Source: Psychrobacter cryohalolentis K5
GTDB taxonomy: Bacteria; Pseudomonadota; Gammaproteobacteria; Pseudomonadales; Moraxellaceae
Assembly (NCBI RefSeq): GCF_000013905.1
Contig: NC_007969.1
Span: 240,001-272,000, forward strand
Direction of reading: 5' to 3'
Length of the DNA: 32,000 bases
Position numbers and translations under genes: made by a program. The notes under the pieces are model-generated. The model saw only the letters and a list, made by a program, of their open reading frames with translations. It was not told where the DNA came from and did no database searches. Below are positions 27,264-32,000 of the stretch, piece by piece (position 1 is the stretch's first letter; every line of letters begins with the position of its first letter).

Positions 27264-28991
27264 ATGAGTATGTCGTTCGGATTGGCGACCACGCTAAGCA
27301 CCTCACAAAAACTGACCCCGCAAATGCAGCAAGCTATTAAATTGCTGCAGCTCTCTAGTCTTGAGCTGGCGCAAGAGGTTCAAGCGAAGCTGGACAGTAA
27401 TCCATTACTAGAACGCATCGAAAACGATGAAGATGAGTACGAAAGTATGGATAAAGACGCATTAGATGAGTTTGGCGAGCCACTAACGTTAGACAGTTGG
27501 AATCAGAGTACTGCTTCTGATACGTTTTCTATATCTCCTCCATCAAATAATGAAGATGTATTTGACTATGATGACAGTACTAGCGATAGCCTTACTAATG
27601 ATAGTCTAGATAAATTGCAGCAAGACGGTTTTGATACGGATGCCATCGACAGTTATACGCTTGAAGACTTTGAAGGCTCAAACTATGAAAGCTCAAACTA
27701 TGAAAGCTCAAACTATGATAGCCCTAATGCAGATTATGACGGTTTTAACACCGCCAGTACTGGTTCAGGCAGCATATCAGCGCGTCCAGATTCTGAGGAC
27801 TTTGATCGCTATGAGGGCAGTACCAATGCGACGATTCAAGACCATGTGCGTTGGCAGCTGAATTTTAAACGTCTCTCAGAGACAGATACTCTTATCGCTG
27901 AGTATTTGATGGATTCTATGGACGACATGGGTTTTGTACGGCTCGATATCGAGGAGTTGCTACAGAGCTTTGATACCATTGCGAGCTTTTATCAGTGGGA
28001 TCAGCGCGTTGAGCAGGATGAAGTAATGGCAGTACTGCGCATGATTCAATCCTGTGATCCGCTTGGGGTTGGCGCACGAAATCTAAGTGAATGCTTAGCG
28101 ATTCAGCTATCTAAGCTCGACACTGACACGCCTTATCTAAAACAAGCCCAAGCGCTCTTATCTGCCAGTGAGCATCTGGTCAGTAATAATATTAAAGCCT
28201 TAACTGAGCGCACAGGACTTGCGGCTCATGAGATTACCCCTGCGCTTACGCTGTTGCGTACTTTAAATCCTTCACCAGGATTGCTATTTCAAAGCCGCCA
28301 ACCGGATTATACTCAGTCGCCCGACAGCTATGATATCCCTGATGTATTGGTGACGCCTATCCGTCGCCATGATGCTCATCAAAACACCACCATATCTACT
28401 CAAGAAGATGGCTGGCAGGTACGTCTAAACCCTGAAACCTTGCCAAAACTACGAGTCAACCAAGAATATGCCAACCTTGTTAAGCGCGGCGATAATAGCC
28501 CTGATAATCAATATCTGCGTGAAAATCTCACTGATGCGCGCTTATTTATTCGCAGTATCGAAGAGCGTAATCAGAACCTTTTAAAGGTAGCCACTAGTAT
28601 CGTGCGCTACCAGCAATCTTTTTTGCAGTATGGCGCCACTGCTATGCAACCGCTTATTTTAAAGGTGATTGCAGACGAAGTTGATTTACATGAATCAACG
28701 GTCTCGCGCCTGACCACTAGCAAGACCATTTTGACACCGCAAGGACTGTTTTCGCTCAAGCATTTCTTTTCATCACATGTTAGCAGCAGCGATGGCGATA
28801 TCTCATCAACTGCTATCAGTGCGATGATTAAGCAGCTTATCGCTGATGAAGAGCCCAAAAAGCCATTGTCTGATAGTAAGATAAAAGATTATTTGTTGGC
28901 AGAAGGTATCGATATTGCCAGAAGAACAGTCGCCAAATATCGTGAAGCAATGAATATTGGCTCATCTACACAGCGCAAACAAAAATATTAA
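27264..28991 (+). CDS. rpoN: RNA polymerase sigma-54 factor with an expanded acidic region II
   Basis: Region I LTPQMQQAIKLLQLSSLELAQEV. C-terminal HTH ESTVSRLTT and RpoN box ARRTVAKYREAM. 575 aa, with about 140 aa of D/E/S/N-rich linker. Confidence 0.95.
   Translation: MSMSFGLATTLSTSQKLTPQMQQAIKLLQLSSLELAQEVQAKLDSNPLLERIENDEDEYESMDKDALDEFGEPLTLDSWNQSTASDTFSISPPSNNEDVFDYDDSTSDSLTNDSLDKLQQDGFDTDAIDSYTLEDFEGSNYESSNYESSNYDSPNADYDGFNTASTGSGSISARPDSEDFDRYEGSTNATIQDHVRWQLNFKRLSETDTLIAEYLMDSMDDMGFVRLDIEELLQSFDTIASFYQWDQRVEQDEVMAVLRMIQSCDPLGVGARNLSECLAIQLSKLDTDTPYLKQAQALLSASEHLVSNNIKALTERTGLAAHEITPALTLLRTLNPSPGLLFQSRQPDYTQSPDSYDIPDVLVTPIRRHDAHQNTTISTQEDGWQVRLNPETLPKLRVNQEYANLVKRGDNSPDNQYLRENLTDARLFIRSIEERNQNLLKVATSIVRYQQSFLQYGATAMQPLILKVIADEVDLHESTVSRLTTSKTILTPQGLFSLKHFFSSHVSSSDGDISSTAISAMIKQLIADEEPKKPLSDSKIKDYLLAEGIDIARRTVAKYREAMNIGSSTQRKQKY
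27676..27720 (+). repeat. in-frame 15-bp tandem repeat x3 inside rpoN (encodes SNYES-SNYES-SNYDS)
   Basis: gctcaaactatgaaa (27676-27690), an identical copy at 27691-27705, and gctcaaactatgata (27706-27720). Confidence 0.9.
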
Positions 28992-29393
28992 TGGTCTGAA
29001 TTCAATAAGTTATCTAAAGAGGTGATTAATAATCAAAATATTCTATAGGAAATATAAAAAATAAAATTTTCTGATTATATAGAAACATTAAAGAAACAAC
29101 CGATTTTATTACATTTAATTACAATATAAAACCTTGCTACTAGCGGGTTTTCATGACAAATTAGAGTCATACCAACAACAAAATCAAAGTGTCGATTTAG
29201 CAAATTTATGTAGTCAGTCATTAGGGATGAGATAAAAAAGACGATAAAAGGATACGTCGATATTTTATTAAAAGTGCTGCTATTAAAGACGTTGAGGATA
29301 AAGATACAAGATTATTTTGTGGTAAGGCAGGATGATAAGAGCAGCGATGCGACCTCATCTGTTGATTGTAAGTACTAATAAGAGGACAATAAT

Positions 29394-29762
29394 ATGAATG
29401 TTTCTATCAGTGGTCACCATATCAGTATTACCGATGCCATGGACACCGCAGTTCGCGAAAAACTTGAAAAAGTCGAGCGTCACTTTGATCAGATTCAAAG
29501 TATTCAAGTGATTCTATCGCTAGATAATAGCGGTGCTAAAAAGAGCCATAAGGCTGAAGCTATCATGCGAGTCTCGGGTAAAGAGATGTTTGTCCAAGCT
29601 CTTGATGATGATATGTATAAAGCCATAAATGAGATGGCAGACAAACTTGATAGACAAGTACGCAAGTATAAAACAAAAATGGAGAGCAAAAAAACACAGG
29701 GTGCAGGGCGTGATTCTCGCTATGAAGATTTGATGACGGCTGAAGCTGAGCCTGCAGTTTAA
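29394..29762 (+). CDS. hpf: ribosome hibernation promoting factor (sigma-54 modulation protein family, short form)
   Basis: MNVSISGHHISITDAMDTAVREKLEKVERHF ... MYKAINEMADKLDRQVRKYK is typical HPF/YhbH. GAGGA SD upstream. Conserved position downstream of rpoN, here after a 400-bp AT-rich gap. Confidence 0.9.
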   Translation: MNVSISGHHISITDAMDTAVREKLEKVERHFDQIQSIQVILSLDNSGAKKSHKAEAIMRVSGKEMFVQALDDDMYKAINEMADKLDRQVRKYKTKMESKKTQGAGRDSRYEDLMTAEAEPAV

Positions 29763-29914
29763 TGATAGTTTGCTGTGTCATAAAATTTTAATAATTATTA
29801 GCCAATAAATAAATGCACAAATAGCACGGTTATTAAATTGAACAGTATTCCTGAGTAATTTGAATACGTGACATGCTCAAAAATGAGCAATTCAGCAAGC
29901 CTAAGACGCTAAGT

Positions 29915-29954
29915 AAAAAAAGACCTCAAACGAATAACCGTTTAGGTCTTTTTT
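29915..29954. terminator. bidirectional rho-independent terminator between convergent hpf and thiS
   Basis: Hairpin AGACCT-c-AAACG / CGTTT-AGGTCT (29921-29949), flanked by an A6 run and a T6 run. Confidence 0.8.
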
Positions 29955-30059
29955 ATAATAAATTTTAAAAGGAAAGGGTTGTAAACATTAGGTTTTACAG
30001 TGTGATTTTCTAAAATTCTATGTATCAAAAACGACTATCTATTTCAATGGTTAAAAACC

Positions 30060-30260
30060 TTAGCCACCGCCTACAGCCTGTACTACTTCAATAGTCATGC
30101 CTTCAACAATATGTAGCTTATCAAGCTCACTTTTAGGAATCAGTTCACCATCGACTTCTACCGCATAACGACCGTTACTAAGCCCAAGCTCATTGACAAC
30201 CAATTGTACCGTTTGATGAGTCGTCTGTAACTTCTTACCATTGACACTAATATTGCTCAT
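30060..30260 (-). CDS. thiS: sulfur carrier protein ThiS
   Basis: 66 aa, beta-grasp-like sequence ending in the activating C-terminal GG (..VQAVGGG). YAVEVDGELIPKSE is typical of ThiS. Confidence 0.85.
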   Translation of the reverse strand: MSNISVNGKKLQTTHQTVQLVVNELGLSNGRYAVEVDGELIPKSELDKLHIVEGMTIEVVQAVGGG

Positions 30261-30371
30261 AAATCGTACTCCCTAATAATCCAAAATTCCTATTTAGCCT
30301 TACTATTTTCACTACTACTAGCACTAACGTAGCTAAATAAAATAAGATTGTTTCTTACTAAAATCAATCAA

Positions 30372-30779
30372 TCAGCTATTTGTTAAGCGTGCTGAAGATA
30401 GCGCAAGCCATAACCAACCTGCAATCATCAGCACACCGCCAATAGGCGTAATGGCACCGAACCAACGTGGCGCACCAAGTGTCATGGCGTATAAACTACC
30501 CGCAAAAATAATGACACCAATTTGTAATAACCATGCGGCGGTTTGGGTTGCATAGTTTAAGCGAATAAGGATACCAACAAGTAATAATCCAAGCGAATGG
30601 ACGAACCAATATAGGGTTGCTGTCTGCCACCATTCTAGCTGTTGAGTGCTGACCATATCTTTGAGACCATGCGCGCCAAACGCGCCTAAAGCAACGGCGA
30701 TAGCCATATTGATCGCCGCGATACTTATCCAATTGAACATGGTTGTACTCGTATTGTTGAATAAATGCTTACTAAGCAA
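30372..30779 (-). CDS. DUF423 domain-containing membrane protein (YgdD-like)
   Basis: Four TM helices with the family motif ALGAFGAHGLK. The start could instead be the internal Met (MFNWISIAA). Confidence 0.8.
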   Translation of the reverse strand: MLSKHLFNNTSTTMFNWISIAAINMAIAVALGAFGAHGLKDMVSTQQLEWWQTATLYWFVHSLGLLLVGILIRLNYATQTAAWLLQIGVIIFAGSLYAMTLGAPRWFGAITPIGGVLMIAGWLWLALSSARLTNS

Positions 30780-30805
30780 AGACAGTTGTCTTATCGATAA
30801 GCAAC

Positions 30806-31831
30806 TTATTGAATATCATCAGGTAAAATCACACTGTCGATGGTCATCGCTTCACGGATTTTATCCATGGCATTTTTCTCAATTTGGCGTACGCGCTCAG
30901 CAGAGATAGAGTAGACCGCTGCCAACTCATGCAAGGTTGATTTTTGCTCAGATAACCAGCGCTGCTCGACAATATCACGTGAGCGATCATCCAAGGTTTC
31001 CATTGCAGCAATCAAGGCTGATGAATTATTTTCTTCCCAGTCAGATTCTTCGACGATTTCGGCAGGGTCAATGCCATCTTCCAAAAATAGCTGTGGCGCA
31101 TAACGTCCATCGTCATCGTCACTTGATTGCGCCTCAAATGACGCATCATAAGAGGTCAGGCGCGACTCCATCTCAAGCACTTGCTTACGAGTAACGTTTA
31201 AGTCATTGGCAATCGCATCGGCTTCTTCGAGGGTCAACTGATTGTTGGTCTTTTTTAAACTGCGTAAGTTAAAGAACAGTTTACGATGCGCCTTGGTTGT
31301 AGCAACTTTTACAATACGCCAGTTACGGATGACAAATTCATGAATCTCTGCTTTGATCCAATGCACTGCAAATGATACTAGACGTACGCCTTTGTTAGGA
31401 TCAAAACGCTTTACCGCCTTCATAAGTCCCAAATTACCTTCTTGGATCAAATCTGCTTGCGGTAACCCATAGCCTGAATAGCTGCGGGCAATATGAATGA
31501 CAAAACGCAAATGCGACATGACCAGTAAACGCGCCGCTTCTACATCGCCTTCATCATAATAGCGATGGGCAAGCTCTTGCTCTTGCGTCGGAGTCAAGAT
31601 AGGGATTTGGTGCACGGTATTAATATAAGCACCCAAATTCACCCCAGGTGCGGACAAATGCGTCGGCATGGCAGGTACCAAATCACGGGTACTGGTATCG
31701 CCAAGCGCGCTGGCATCATAAGGCGGACGCTCAGCTGCCGCTTTCAGTGCTGCATCGCGCGCTTCGTTTATTTCAGGAACAGCGCTGTCTTTTTTACGGT
31801 TATTTGCAGCGTTAGTAGTGGTATTAGCCAT
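30806..31831 (-). CDS. rpoH: RNA polymerase sigma-32 (heat-shock sigma factor)
   Basis: LPQADLIQEGNLGLMKAVKRFDP (region 2), RpoH box AHRKLFFNLRSLK, and region 4 ISAERVRQIEKNAMDKIR. Start placed at ATG 31831 (AAGG 8 nt upstream). The ORF-caller start 31861 is TTG. Homology to E. coli RpoH only begins at the internal Met at 31669. Confidence 0.9.
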   Translation of the reverse strand: MANTTTNAANNRKKDSAVPEINEARDAALKAAAERPPYDASALGDTSTRDLVPAMPTHLSAPGVNLGAYINTVHQIPILTPTQEQELAHRYYDEGDVEAARLLVMSHLRFVIHIARSYSGYGLPQADLIQEGNLGLMKAVKRFDPNKGVRLVSFAVHWIKAEIHEFVIRNWRIVKVATTKAHRKLFFNLRSLKKTNNQLTLEEADAIANDLNVTRKQVLEMESRLTSYDASFEAQSSDDDDGRYAPQLFLEDGIDPAEIVEESDWEENNSSALIAAMETLDDRSRDIVEQRWLSEQKSTLHELAAVYSISAERVRQIEKNAMDKIREAMTIDSVILPDDIQ

Positions 31832-32000
31832 ATTCTTGACCTTGGTTAAATAGATAAGCAAACAGTCAGATAAAAATCTTTATAGTTGTAATTGTAAAGG
31901 ATAGCGACGCTTAGTTGCTATCAGTTTTGGTAATGATAAAGTGATATATTGTATCAACAGAATATTTAGATTGGCTAGCGCTCAGTTCTCCACTGTCTGA

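Noticed and set aside
30261-30371. Searched for a TPP (THI-box) riboswitch upstream of thiS
   Set aside because: The region is very AT-rich and lacks the conserved CUGAGA and ACCUGAUCUGGAUAAUGCCAGCG-like cores. Only a covariance-model search could fully exclude it.
1-32000. Scan for CRISPR arrays, rRNA/tRNA genes, IS elements, toxin-antitoxin pairs and reverse transcriptase/retron features
   Set aside because: I found no regularly spaced repeats of 25 bp or more, no tRNA-like cloverleaf signatures, and no transposase, integrase or RT motifs in any listed ORF. The only tandem repeats are the short ones reported.

Overview
Chromosomal window from a gammaproteobacterium. Gene content, codon usage and long low-complexity insertions in housekeeping proteins look Moraxellaceae/Psychrobacter-like, but that taxon call is inference only. 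Most of the window is ordinary core metabolism and information processing: acs (5'-truncated), a FAD oxidoreductase, an MgtC-family protein, pgsA, a PNPOx-like stress protein, purL, a MOSC-amiD-small-ORF cluster, rsfS-nadD, pta-ackA, lptM-like-lysA-dapF-xerC, a C-N hydrolase, rpoN, hpf, thiS, DUF423 and rpoH. The outlier is a strongly AT-rich islet of about 4.1 kb (about 9966-14106) wedged between the purL terminator and the amiD cluster. It carries a translationally coupled three-gene minus-strand operon. The genes are a PD-(D/E)xK nuclease (Cap4/DUF4297-like, 378 aa), a small adaptor (151 aa), and an SMC/Rad50-like ABC ATPase with a central CxxC zinc hook (DUF3732-like, 660 aa). I read this as a Lamassu-family (DdmABC / ABC-three-component-like) anti-phage/anti-plasmid system. 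The family is already described; this locus looks like an uncharacterised variant, and its nuclease C-terminal domain and middle subunit carry no motif I can assign. No integrase, transposase, tRNA, rRNA or CRISPR array is visible. Secondary observations include a GC-rich structured element at the islet junction, a candidate sRNA gap, several tandem repeats, and lineage-specific extensions in rpoN, rpoH and nadD.
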